NCBI RefSeq assembly: GCF_009914755.1
Contig: NC_060936.1
Length of the DNA stretch: 64,000 nucleotides
Origin: the human T2T-CHM13v2.0 reference genome, Homo sapiens
Reading direction: 5' to 3' (one strand)
Position 1 is the stretch's first letter, and every line of letters begins with the position of its first letter. Made by a program: the position numbers and the translations under genes. A model generated the notes under the pieces. The model was not told where the DNA came from, ran no database searches, and saw only the letters and a program-made list of their open reading frames with translations. This document shows positions 1 to 14,031 of this stretch, piece by piece.

Positions 1-99
1 CAGATAGATTCTGTAGGATAAATTTCTAGATTTACCTGATGATACCCTCAGAGAGCCATTTAATACACCCATCCCAAGTATTTCCTAAAAGCTGGTAGA

Positions 100-340
100 T
101 CTAGAAATTTATGAGAGTTAAGTTATTATTATGTGTTTGTTTATTTTTGTCTTTTGGCAAAAATACTTCATCGTTAGTGTTACGTACTTTCTATTGCATC
201 ACATCAGGAGACACATCTTGTTTGGCTGTTCCATATTTAGTGATACTAAGATTGATCAGCAGCTTCAGTTGTTTTATTTATTCAATATAAAGTTTTCCCA
301 TTAACCTTCATCTAAATGGTCTTAGCAGCCAATGGCAGTG
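100..340 (-). mobile_element. Old L1ME-type 3' UTR fragment
   Basis: ataaagttttcccattaaccttcatctaaatggtcttagcagcc resembles the antisense L1ME 3' end as recalled; boundaries approximate. Confidence 0.45.
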
Positions 341-645
341 ATGGAAAACAGGAAGAAAGAAAAGAACCAGACTGTGAGTTCATTTGTCATATTCATACTG
401 ACTGCCTAAGAATCCCCCTCAGTTTCAATTTGTCCATTGCATTCTTCTAAATGTAGCCGCCTTGTTTCAGCATGCTGTGATTTCCTCATATTGTTGACTA
501 TAAGAGTAACTATTTCAGGAGCAGAAAACCTTTTCAGCCAACTTTTTTCTTTTATAATTTTCTATGTAAAAATTTAAAATCCTTTCCTGGTACCCAAATA
601 TTTTTATAAGATTTATTTCTCATTATAATAAAGAAAAATACTTTA

Positions 646-990
<345 letters not shown>

Positions 991-1419
991 GTTAATTACA
1001 ACAGTTTCATTAGCAAGGCAACTTGATTGTAATTTCCCTATGTTTTAAACAGTTGTCAGAAATTACGTGTATCCATTAATGGTTTCCATTTTTATTAATC
1101 AGTTAAATGTGGAATGCAAGCATCAAATCAACATGACATAACTGCATTCATCACACTGAGATAACATTTCTACAGAAAGCAAAGAAACAGAGTATTTCAG
1201 ACTGCAGCTTTGTACACATGAATCCCTTTGCAATGGTTGTAGACTCCCATCTCATAAAAACTGCACTTTGAGAACTAGTTTACAGTTTAGCCAAAGAATG
1301 TGGTGCCTAGGCATGAGCACAAATTCTGATAATTAAATTCTGAGTGAACTAAATCATGACAGTGCTTAACATCTCAGAGCCTCATTTGTAAAGTGGGGTT
1401 TTATTTACTTTTATTTTAT

Positions 1420-1580
1420 AAACATTTATTGAATGCCTACCATTTGTCAGAGATTACGCTGGGCATTGACAGTATGGAGACAAACAGTATTCCACTGTCT
1501 TCAAAGAGCCTACAGTCCAGTGAGAAAGATAAAAAATAAAAGTATTAATTACAATAGTTACAATAGTCAAGATCAGAACT
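1420..1580 (-). mobile_element. L2 3' end fragment
   Basis: aaacatttattgaatgcctac...ttcaaagagcctacagtccagtg is typical antisense L2 3' end. Confidence 0.65.
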
Positions 1581-1689
1581 GAAGGGTTCAGGATATAGGT
1601 TTCTTAAGGGCATCTTCAAACGAGTAGCCAAAGGGAACAGGGACTCAGTAATAGTAGTAGTATAGTTTTGACTCATGTGAGCTAAATTG

Positions 1690-2350
1690 TTTTGTATCAT
1701 TGAGTAAGTCACTTAACTGTTTAGTGTGCCCCAGTTTTCTTATCTGTAAAAAGAACAATAAATAGAACTCACTCTTAAGATGGTTAGGAAGATTAAGTGT
1801 ATGTTATTGAACTACCTGAAAATGCCTCCAGAAAAAGCTGCTAATGAAGTAAAACTAAGCTTTTTATAACTCACTGCAGTAACAGAGGGCATTGCCTTGG
1901 CAGTCTTCACAGTGCAGCTCAAGGGGGAAATTAGGGGAAGATATTTATAGGATTTGGAGGTCTGGGTTCAAAGGTAGAGAACAAACTGGGATTTGAAAAA
2001 GTTTATGACAGAAGAGATTAGGATTAGCATATATAGCAATGCACGGGTCTTGAAGCAAGTGTTGATAAGTAAATTGTTGCGTGGTAAGTGAATTCTTTGA
2101 GAAGTGGAGAGGATTGAGATAAATTAATGTATAGGAATTTTCCGAAGCAATGAAATTACTTATTGAGGTACAATCTTATTCCTATGCAAAGTTTTCCGTT
2201 AAAAAAGAAAAACAACAACAAATAAATCAGATAAACACAGGTGATTTCAGTTCTTAAACCTAGTATCTCTGTCATGCTGATGCAGATGTTTACATTTCTC
2301 AATGTAAAGCACTTAATTCTACATAATGCATAGTGTAAAAGTAATAGTTG
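1690..2350 (+). mobile_element. MIR split by an LTR insertion
   Basis: Core ttgagtaagtcacttaac...cagttttcttatctgtaaaa at about 1700-1800; MIR resumes as atgtaaagcactta at about 2302. Confidence 0.65.
1802..2300 (-). mobile_element. ERV1 solo LTR, MER110-like
   Basis: TG...CA ends; shares blocks (tgttattga, atttatagg, ttgataagtaaa, ggtaagtgaa, gtcatg) with 56849-57720 and, inverted, with 57905-58776. Confidence 0.6.
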
Positions 2351-2513
2351 TGTTTGCTAAATTTTCTAGAGAGACTAAAATGTGAACTTAACCATATTTA
2401 TAACATTGGTTTCATAGGAAAAAGTGTTGTAAATTCTGATTAAACAGCTTACAAATGGATTTTTAGTATCCCCATTTAAAAGCTGAGAATTCTTTACATT
2501 TAAAAGTGAAATT

Positions 2514-4645
2514 GCACAGCCAACATCATACTGAATGGGCAAATGCTGGAAACATTCCCCTAAGAAGAGGAACAAGACAAGGATGGCCACTTTCACCACT
2601 CCTGTTGAAAATAGTACTGAAAGTCTTGGCAAGAGCAATCAGTCAAGAGAAAGAAAGAAAAGGTATCCAAATAGGAAAAGAACAAGTCAAGTTAGCTATG
2701 TTCACTGATGATATGGTTCTATACCTAGAACACCCTAAAGACGCTACAAAAAGGTGCCTAGAACTGATAAACGGCTTCAGGAAAGTTTCAGTATACAAAA
2801 TCAATGTACAAAAATCAGTAGCATTTCTATACACCAATAATGTTCAAGCTGACTAACAGCCAAATCAAGAGTGCAATCCCATTTACAATAGGCACCTAAA
2901 TAAATAAAAACACCTAGGAATACATCTAACCAAGGAGATAAAAGATCACTACAAGGAGAACTACAAACTGCTGAAAGAAATTGTAAATGATACAAACAAG
3001 TGGAAAAACATCCCATGCTCATGGATGGGAAGAATCAATATCATTAAAACAGCTATACTGCCCAAAGCAGTCTACAGATTCAATGTTATCCTTGTGAAAT
3101 GACCGATGTCATTTTTCACAGGATTAGAAAAATGTATTCTAAAATTTATATGGAACCAAAAAAAGGGCCTGAATAGACAAATCCAAAGCAAAAGGAACAA
3201 AGCCAGAGGCATCACACTACCTGACTTCAAACTATACTATAAGGTACAGTCGCCAAAAGAGCATGATACTAGTTCAAAAACAGACACATAGACCAACGGA
3301 ACAGAATAGAGAATCAGAAATAAAGCCACACACCAGTAACTGTCTGATCTTTGAGAAAGTTGTCAAAAACAAGTAATAAGGAAAAGACTTCGTATTCAGT
3401 GAATGGTGCTGGGATAACTGGCTAGCCATATGCAGAAGAATGAGACTAGACCCCTAACTTTCACCATAAAAATGAACTCAAAATAGATTAAATATTTAAA
3501 TATAAGACGTTAAATTATAAGAATACTATAAGAAAACCCGGGAAATACCATTCTAGACTTTGGTTTGGGGAAAGAATTAATGACTATGCCCTCAAAAGCA
3601 ACTTCAACAAAAGATTTGACAGGTGGAACCTAACTGCACTAAAGTGCTTCTGCACAACAGAAGAAACTATCAATAAACAGGCAGCCTACAAAATGGTAGT
3701 AAATATTTGCAAACTATGCATCTGACCAAGGTCTAATATCCAGAATCTATAAGGAACTTAATGCAACAAGCAAAAAACAAACAACCATATAAAAAGTGGG
3801 CAAAGCACACGAACAGACACTTCCCAAAAGATTTACAAGTGGCCAACAGCAAACATATTTAAAAATGCTCAACATCACTGATCATCAGAGAAATGTCCAT
3901 CAAAACCACAATTAAATACCATCTCACACCAGTCAGAAAGGCTATTACTAAAAAGTCAAAAAGCAACAGATGCTTGTGAGGCTACAGAAAAAAGAGAACA
4001 CTTATACATTGTTGGTGGGACTTTAAGTTAGTTCAACCACTGTGGAATGCAGTTTGGAAATTTCTCAAAGAACTTGGAACTACCATTTGCCCCAACAATC
4101 CCATTACTGGGTATATACCCAAAGGAAAGTAAATTGTTCTACCAAAAGGACAGCTGTATTCATATGTTCATTGTAGCATTATTCATAATAGTAGAGACAT
4201 GGAATCAACCTAGGTGCCCATCAATGGTGGATTGCATAAGGAAAATGTGGTACCTAAACACCATGAAATACTACACAGCCATAAAAAAGAATAAAATCAT
4301 GTCCTTTGCAGCAATATGGATGCAACTGGAGGCCATTATCTGAAGCAAATGAATGCAGGAACAGAAAACCAAATACCACATGTTCTTATAAGTGGGACCT
4401 AAACATTGGATATGCATGGACATAAAGATGGGGACCACAGACACTGGGGACTACAAGAGGGGTGAGAAAGGGTGGGGGCAGGGGTTGAAAAACTACCTAT
4501 TGGGTACTATGCTCATTACCTGGGTGACAGGCTCACTCACACTCCAAACCGCAGTGTTAGGCATTAAACCCATGTAACAAATCTGCACATGTACCCACTG
4601 AATCTAAAATAAAAGTTGAAATTATTTTTTAAAAATACAAAAAAA
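2514..4645 (+). mobile_element. 5'-truncated L1PA15/16-like LINE-1
   Basis: RT motifs [12 protein letters not shown] and FTDDM in ORF 2506-2856; degraded ORF2 C-terminus; 3' UTR gggttgaaaaactacctattgggtac...aatctaaaataaaagttgaaatt; A tail. Confidence 0.92.
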
Positions 4646-4980
4646 GGATACTTTTGTCCAATATTAATTAAAATATTAAAGCCTACTTTGATTTTGATGT
4701 AGCTTCCTTTTGATGAATATTTGCAAATATGCCTTTTTCCTTTCTATTAATTTTGAATATTTTGTACTTACATGTATTATATACGTCTCGTCTAAACAAC
4801 ATATTGTTGGACCTTAGTTTTTCAGGTCAGTCTTTGTTTTTTAATTGAAGGATTTAATTTAAACTCAGTGGAATTGCTGATATATATGAATTTAAGTCTG
4901 CCATTCTTTTATTTGTTTTCTATATGTTCTGCCTGTTCTATGTTTCTTTTTGTCTTTTATGGCTCTTTTTGTTCTTGGGA
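4646..4980 (-). mobile_element. Old L1M(E) fragment covering the ORF2 start, inverted
   Basis: Reverse complement reads ...agaaaacaaataaaagaatggcagacttaaattc...ccaacaatatgttgtttagacgagac, the endonuclease N-terminal region. Confidence 0.6.
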
Positions 4981-5179
4981 GACAGAGAATCTTTATCACA
5001 CTTAGATGTGGGCAAGCAGGGCCCCCTGTTCTAAGCCCCACACATCAAAGATCCTTGAACATTGGAGTCCTCGCTGGGGCATGGGACCATCTGGCTTGAC
5101 AGTGCCATCTGGGCAGGGCAGCCCTCACAGCCCTAGTCCAGATTACAAACTGTTGCAGGCCTTCTCCTCTTTACGCAAC

Positions 5180-6150
5180 TCTTAAAGAGACAGCCTTCAT
5201 AATGAAAACAGTTTCAATTTTTCAGGAAGATATAATAATTCTAAATTTAGTTAACATATTCAGTTAACATAATCTCAAAATATGTGAAGCAAACATTAAC
5301 ACAACTACAAGGAGAAATAGATAAATTGCAGTCATTCCAGAAGTATCTTTATGTTCCTAGCTATCATATGGAAAAAGCAAACAAAATTATAAGCATATAA
5401 GATCTGAACAATGAAATAAGTAAAAGTAGCCTAATGGACCAATACAGTACACTGTACCCAATTACTACAGACTACATAATTTTTTTAAGCACATATGGAA
5501 CTTTTAGGAATTTGACTATGTGTTGGGCTTTAAAGCAAATTTCAATACATTTCAAAAGATTGACATCATGTACAGTATAGTCTTCGATCACAATGTATTG
5601 AAGCTGAAAAAACAATGCTTTAAAATGAGTAGAAAATCTTCATTTGCTTTCAATTTTAAAATTGTACAGTGAAATTTGGGAGCCAAGGAGATCACAGTAG
5701 ACATCACAAAATATTTTGAAGTGAATAATAATGAAAATAATTGAATGGAATCATAATGGAAAATTATGTATGAAAACCTATATTCTGAGCTAAAATGCTA
5801 TAATTGCAGTACTACTTTTGTCACAAATATGAGAAAAGTACTGACAAATGATTTTAATGAAAGAAAAACACATTCAGGGGTGATGAATGCATTCAAAAAT
5901 CACTTCTTAGATAACTAACAAAATTGAAACAACTCTGTCAAAACTTACAATTCTTTTAAATAGAACATTTAAACAATATCAGGAATTGAAAAGGGAACAT
6001 CACTATAGATCCTACAGAAATTAGAGCAACTCTTATGGTAGATGTATAAATTTGTATGAAATGGAAAAAATTTCTAAAAGAAATGCAATATAGCAAAACT
6101 GCCTCAAGAAGGAAAGTGAATCCCAAGAAATGTGACTGTTTAATTGAATT
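5180..6150 (+). mobile_element. Old L1M(E) ORF2 endonuclease-region fragment
   Basis: cataatgaaaacagtttcaatt...ggaagatataataattctaaat...caaggagaaatagataaa...catcactatagatcctacaga. Confidence 0.75.
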
Positions 6151-7660
6151 TGCAATTAATTCTTTATTAAGTCTCTACCTTTCAATGAAAGTACTTTGCT
6201 GATGTTGCATATAATTTAATCGATCACCATCTGTTAGTTAGCTGCCCTGTGACAAAGACCATGCTAGACACTAAAGGTGGGGAGAAAGTTTTAAGAACTT
6301 TGACAGTTCCTAATTTCAAGCATTTATAATCTAGTCATTGAAACATATATGATAGGTATATGGAAGAGTTAAGATTTAGATAATGACTTTGAGAAGAGAA
6401 AAAAATTAGTTGCTACATGAACACACGATCTTTTACAATGAACTATGTCCTAGTACTGTTCACTTCTGTTGCCAACTGTGAGTATGGTGCATTACTCATA
6501 GTTTCCTTCATGTTGTTTTTCAGTGTGTTCAGTACAATGGCTTATTTTCATGGAGAAGGACTGTTTAAGAAATAATCCTCTATATGAAATATGTGCTGTG
6601 GTTAACCTGTGACCAAAGGAACTCCAAGCTCCCACACCTTCCTGGATGGCTTGTACTTGGCTACTGGCTATATGTTTATCATAATTTATTAGTTGATGTA
6701 TTTATCTCAGTAGTTTGCCTTATTTAGTTTGCAAATATTTTGTCATTGGAAGGCCTTGTTTAAAAAATATACTGTTTTCATTAGAATTCTCAAATGCACA
6801 ATCCAGCAAAAAAGAGTTAACACATGTCAGCATAGAACAAAGTAGCATGTATTTAAATCTCATGGGAGGAAAAGCCCTTAACTTGCATTAAGTTATGATC
6901 AAACATAGTCAATTTTAGAAAAATAGAGAAATTATGAAGTTCCAGCCTAAAATGTACCACATTGCCTTCCATTTGGTCAACATGGGATTTTGTGTCCATC
7001 AGATGATCATGTTGAAGTAACTGCACATGTATTGTGATTTAGCTGCCCTCTCAGGAAAGGCAAAATCTTCTAATATTGCTTCAACTTTTCTAAGAAAAAT
7101 ACTTCATCTGAATGGTGGTTTTTCCATCAAGCAAAGTATATTCAAATAGTGTGTCTCAAGAGCAAGATAAAACAACTCCAGATACCACTGGATTATAACA
7201 ACAGAAATATTTAGTGTTTTGGTGGCTTCAGAATATTTCTAATTTTAGTAGATAATATAATTCTGTGTAGGTAGACCACTGAATAAAGGAAAAAACGACA
7301 GAATTTAAATCATAAAAAAGTATTAGTGTTCTACTTCCACTTAAAAGGATTGAACTAAAAAAAAATAGAAATCAAAGGAGGGTTTAGTGTTAATGTTGTA
7401 GGATGTTAGACATTGTTCTGTGTATACAAGTAATGCCTTAAAGAGTCCACATTTGCATTCACATTACTAGCTTATACTTAATTTAGAAAGTTTAGGAATC
7501 CATCCTTAATAGCATGTTATACTGAACTAAAGAATGATTTTTAAAGATTTTGAGGATCAATATTTAGGGTGTAAGAACTGAAGGCTTTTGCAAGATAAAT
7601 TATTTCATAGGTAACTTCTCTCTCATTAATAGCAAGCACAGTTGTTTAGCTTGCAGATAA

Positions 7661-8008
<348 letters not shown>

Positions 8009-11000
8009 TGATTCATACTTTTAGATATCTAGCACAGTTTTAATATCTACTTTTTTAATGTGGTTATTGGTAATGTGTTTTCATTCTAATACATTGGTAG
8101 TAAATGCTTGGAGAAGAATTAATATTGTTACCATTAATAACATAGCTTCTAACTTTAACAAAGTAGGGGTAAATCAACATAAATTTCCTTAACTTTCTTT
8201 TATTATTAAAATAAAATTAAGTCTCTTAAGCTTCGTTTAAAGTTAGGTAAATGTCCTGTTGTTGTAGAACTTCTGAAGATTATAGTAGACTAGTGAAGTC
8301 CCATCATATACACATTTAATGTATGTCCTCATTTTTAGATTCTAACTTCTGTACAAAATGCAAATTAATAAGGTGTATAGGATAGCTATTTGTTGGCACC
8401 AAAATAAAAATGCCATCTCCAAAAGACAGGAAACAGGAGACTAAATCTCTACAGCTTTTCAAAAATTGGTGTATGTGTTTCGGATCAAGTAACACATATT
8501 CAATCCCACCAAAACTTCATTGAAAATCTATGAGCTGGACACTGTACTAGGTGCTTTTACACTTATCTCCGCCCTCAGAACGATAAACTTATTATTAAAT
8601 TGGTGCTATAGATCATTAATATCAAAACATTCATTTACACCTAGGGAAAGAGCAGTAATACCTTAAACTATTTCATTCATTCCCCATTTACTCTAGCGTT
8701 TTAATTGTTTTTTCTGAAGCATAATGATACATTTCATGGGCTATTCTATACACATGATCATGTTGTTTCCAAATAAAGACAGTTTTACGTATTTAAAGAA
8801 AAAAGAATGAAGAAAACTTACAGAACTTGTAAACAACCTCAAAAGGGCAAAGCTTCAAGTCATAGAAGTATAAAAGCAGAAGAAAAGATAAACGGGGTAG
8901 AAAGCTTATTTAGAGACATAGTAACGGAACAGTTTCTAAACCTAGAGAAAGCTGTAAACATCCAGGTACTGGGAGGCCAGAAGTCTCCAATCAGATCCAA
9001 TCCAAATAAGACTACCACAAGACATAACCACACTATCAAAAATCAAAGACAAAAAGTATCAAGAGAAAAGAAATGAGTAACATATAAGGGAGTTCTAATA
9101 TGTCTATCAACAGACTTCTCAGCAGAAACATTATAGGCCAGGACAAAGTGTGATGATATATTCAAAGTGCTGAAGGGAGAAAACAAAAAACTGAACCAAG
9201 AGTACTGTACCTAGCAAAGCTGTCCTTCAGGAATGAAGGTGAGATAAAGACTTTCCTAGAAAAACAAAAGCTGAGGGAGTGTATTACCACAGGCCTGTCT
9301 TACAGGAAATGCTAAAGTGAGTTCTTCAAGCTGAATGAAAAGGATGCTGAACATGCAGTATGAAAAGACATAAATTTTGACATGAAAAATTCAAAATGGG
9401 TGGCAGAGAGAGGGGTAAAAATGTAGAGGTATTTTGTGATCAAAGTTAAGTTGTTAGCTTAAAATAACCTTTCACGGTCATAAGATTTTTTGGTAAATCT
9501 CATGTTATCCCATAAAGCAAAAAACCTGCAGTAGATACACAAAAAGTAAAACGGAATCAGAACATACCACTAGAGAAAATTACTGAACTACAAAGGAAGG
9601 TAGCACGAAAGGAAGTAAGGAACAACGCATCTGCAAAACAAATAGAAAACAATTAACAAAATGCTAGTAGTAAGTCCTTACCTATCAGTAATTACTTTGA
9701 ATATAAATGGACTAAATTTTCCAATCAGAAGACATAGAGTGGCTGAATAGATTTAAAAAAAAAAGTCTCAAGTATACACTGCCTGTAAGAGACGTGCTTT
9801 ATCTAAAAGAACACACATAGCCCGAAAGTGAAAAAGATATCGCATGCAAATGAAACCATAATATAACAGAAGTAGCTATACTTATATCAAAAACATAGAC
9901 TTTATGTCCAAAACTAAAAAGCAACAAAGAAAGTAATTATACAATGAGTCAATTCAGCAAAAAAAAATAACAATTTGTAAATATATATAAACCTAACATC
10001 AGAACACTGAAGTATATAAAGCAAATATTAATACATCTGAAAAGAGAGACCACAGCACAAAAAATAGCAGGGCACTTCATTACCTCACTTTCAGTAATGA
10101 ACGGGTCATCCAGACGTAAAATGAATAAGGGGATATTGGACTTAAACTGCACTTTAGATCAAATGAATCTAACAGACATATACAGAACATTCCTTCCAAC
10201 GGGTGCAGAATATACGTTCCACCCAATCATACATGGAACATTCTCCAGGCTAGTGCATATGTTAGGTTACAAAGGAATTGAAATCATATCAAGCATCTTT
10301 TCTGAACACAATGGTATAAAACTAGAATTAGTAAAGGAGGAACCTCAGAAAATCCACAAATATGTGAAAATTAAATAATCAAAATTTATTTTAATTAATA
10401 TTTATTAAATAATCCTAAATAATCAGTGGGTTAAAAAAGAAATAAAAGGGGAATTTTTTAAAAAATGTCTTGAGACAAATGAAAATTGAAACACAACATA
10501 CCAAAACTTATGGGATGGAGCAAAATGTCTACAAGGGTAGTTTATAGTGACAAAGTCCTACATTAATAGAAATATCTCAAATAAATAACCTAATTTAATA
10601 CCTCAATATACTAGAAAAACAAGAACAAACTAGGTCCAAAATTAGTAAAAGGAAGAAAATAATAAATATCTGAGCAGAAATAAATACAATAGAAACTAGA
10701 AAAACAGTAGAAAATATCAATGAAACTAAGAGTTCAGAAGATAAAATCAACAATCCTTTGGCTAGACTTAGTAAAAAGAGAGAAGACTCAAATAAATAAG
10801 CTCAGAAATGAAAAAGGCATCACAACTGAAATAAAATACATGAGATCATATAAGCCTAAGACAAATGCATAAGTTCCTTTTCACATACAAACTGCCAAGA
10901 CTGAATTATGAAGAAATAGAAAATATGAATAGAACAAACATGAGTAAGGAGATTGAATCAGTAAGAAGTGTCCCATCAAAGAAATTCCAGAATGTGATGG

Positions 11001-12215
11001 TTTCACAGCTGAATTCTACCAAACATATGAAGAAGAATTAATACAATCCTTCTCAATTTCTTGGAAAAAAATCGAGGAGGAGGGAAAGCTTTCAAACTCA
11101 TTTTACAAGGCCAGTATCACTCGGATGTCAAAGCCAGGCAAGGATACTATAAAAAAGAAAACTAGAAATCAATATCTCTAATGAACATAGATGCAAAAAA
11201 TCCTCAACAAAATACTAGCAAACCAAATTCATCATCCCATTAAAAAGATCATTCATCATGATCAAGTGGTATGCATCCCAGGGGTGCAAGGATCATTCAA
11301 TATATGTAAATTAATAAATGTGATACATCACATTAATAGAATAAAGGGCAAAATCCATATGATCATTGTAATAGATATGGATAAAACACTTGACAAAATT
11401 CAACATCCTTTAATCATAAAAACTCTCAAAATTAGGTATAAAAGGAATGTACATCAATACAATAAAAGTTGTATATGACAAATTCACAGCTAACATACTC
11501 AGTGGAAAAAATTGAAAGCTTTTTTCTAAGATCCAAAACAAGACAAGGATGTTCGGTCTCAACACTCCTATTTATTATAATACTGGAGGTCCCACCCAAA
11601 GCAATTAGGCAACAGAAAAATAAATAAAAGGCATACAAATTGGAAAGGAAGAAGGTAAATTATCCCACTTTCCAGACAGCATGATCTTATATATAGAAAA
11701 CTCTAAAGACTCTGCAAAAAAACTATTAGAATAAATAAATTCAAATTCAATAAAGTTGTAGTATACAAAATTAACATACAAAAATCAGTATTATTTATAT
11801 ATACCAACAAAGAACCATATGAAGAAGAAATGCAGAAAACAATCCCATTGACAATAGCAAAATAAAATCAAATACTTGGGAATAAATGTAACCAAGGAGT
11901 TAAAAGACCCTTACACTAAAAAGCATAAGCCACTGATGAAACAAATTGAAGGAGACACACGTTAATGGAAAGATACTCTGTGTTCATGGATGAGTAGAAT
12001 TAATATTGTTAAAGTTCCCATACTACCCAAAGCATCCTACAGATTTAAGGCAATCTCTATTACAATGCCAATGACATTTCCACAGAAATAGAAAATAGCA
12101 ATCCTACAATGTCTATGTAACCACAAGAGACCCTGTATAGCCAAAGTCAACTTGAACTAAAAGATGAAGAATCCAACTTACAAGGGATGTGAAGGACCTC
12201 TTCAAGGAGAACTAG

Positions 12216-13574
<1,359 letters not shown>

Positions 13575-13700
13575 TGAGTTCATGTCCTTTGTGGGGACAT
13601 GGATGAAGCTGGAAACCATCATTCTCAGCAAACTATGGCAAGGACAAAAAACCAAACACCGCATGTTCTCACTCATAGGTGGGAATTGAACAATGAGAAC

Positions 13701-14031
13701 ACATGGACACAGGAAGGGGAACATCACACGCTGGGAACTGTTGTGGGGTGGTGGGAAGGGGGAGGGATAGCATTAGGAGATATACCTAATGCTAAATGAC
13801 GAGTTAATGGCTGCAGCACACCAACATGGCACATGTATACATATGTAACAAACCTGCACATTGTGCACATGGACTCAGGAAGGGGAACATCACACACCGG
13901 GGACTGTTGTGGGTGGGGGGAGCGGGGAGGGATAGCATTAGGAGATATACGTAATGCTAAATGATGAGTTAATGGGTGCAGCACACCAACATGGCACATG
14001 TATACATATGTAACAAACCTGCACATTGTGC
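13701..14031 (+). repeat. Tandem duplication (about 166 bp x2) of L1 3' UTR
   Basis: acatggac[a/t]caggaagggg...ttgtgc begins at 13701 and again at 13867. Confidence 0.95.

Noticed and set aside
6960-7200. Minus-strand peptide KVEAILEDFAFPERAAKSQY after an acceptor-like ttttcttag
   Set aside because: No good donor, early stop, no recognisable homology
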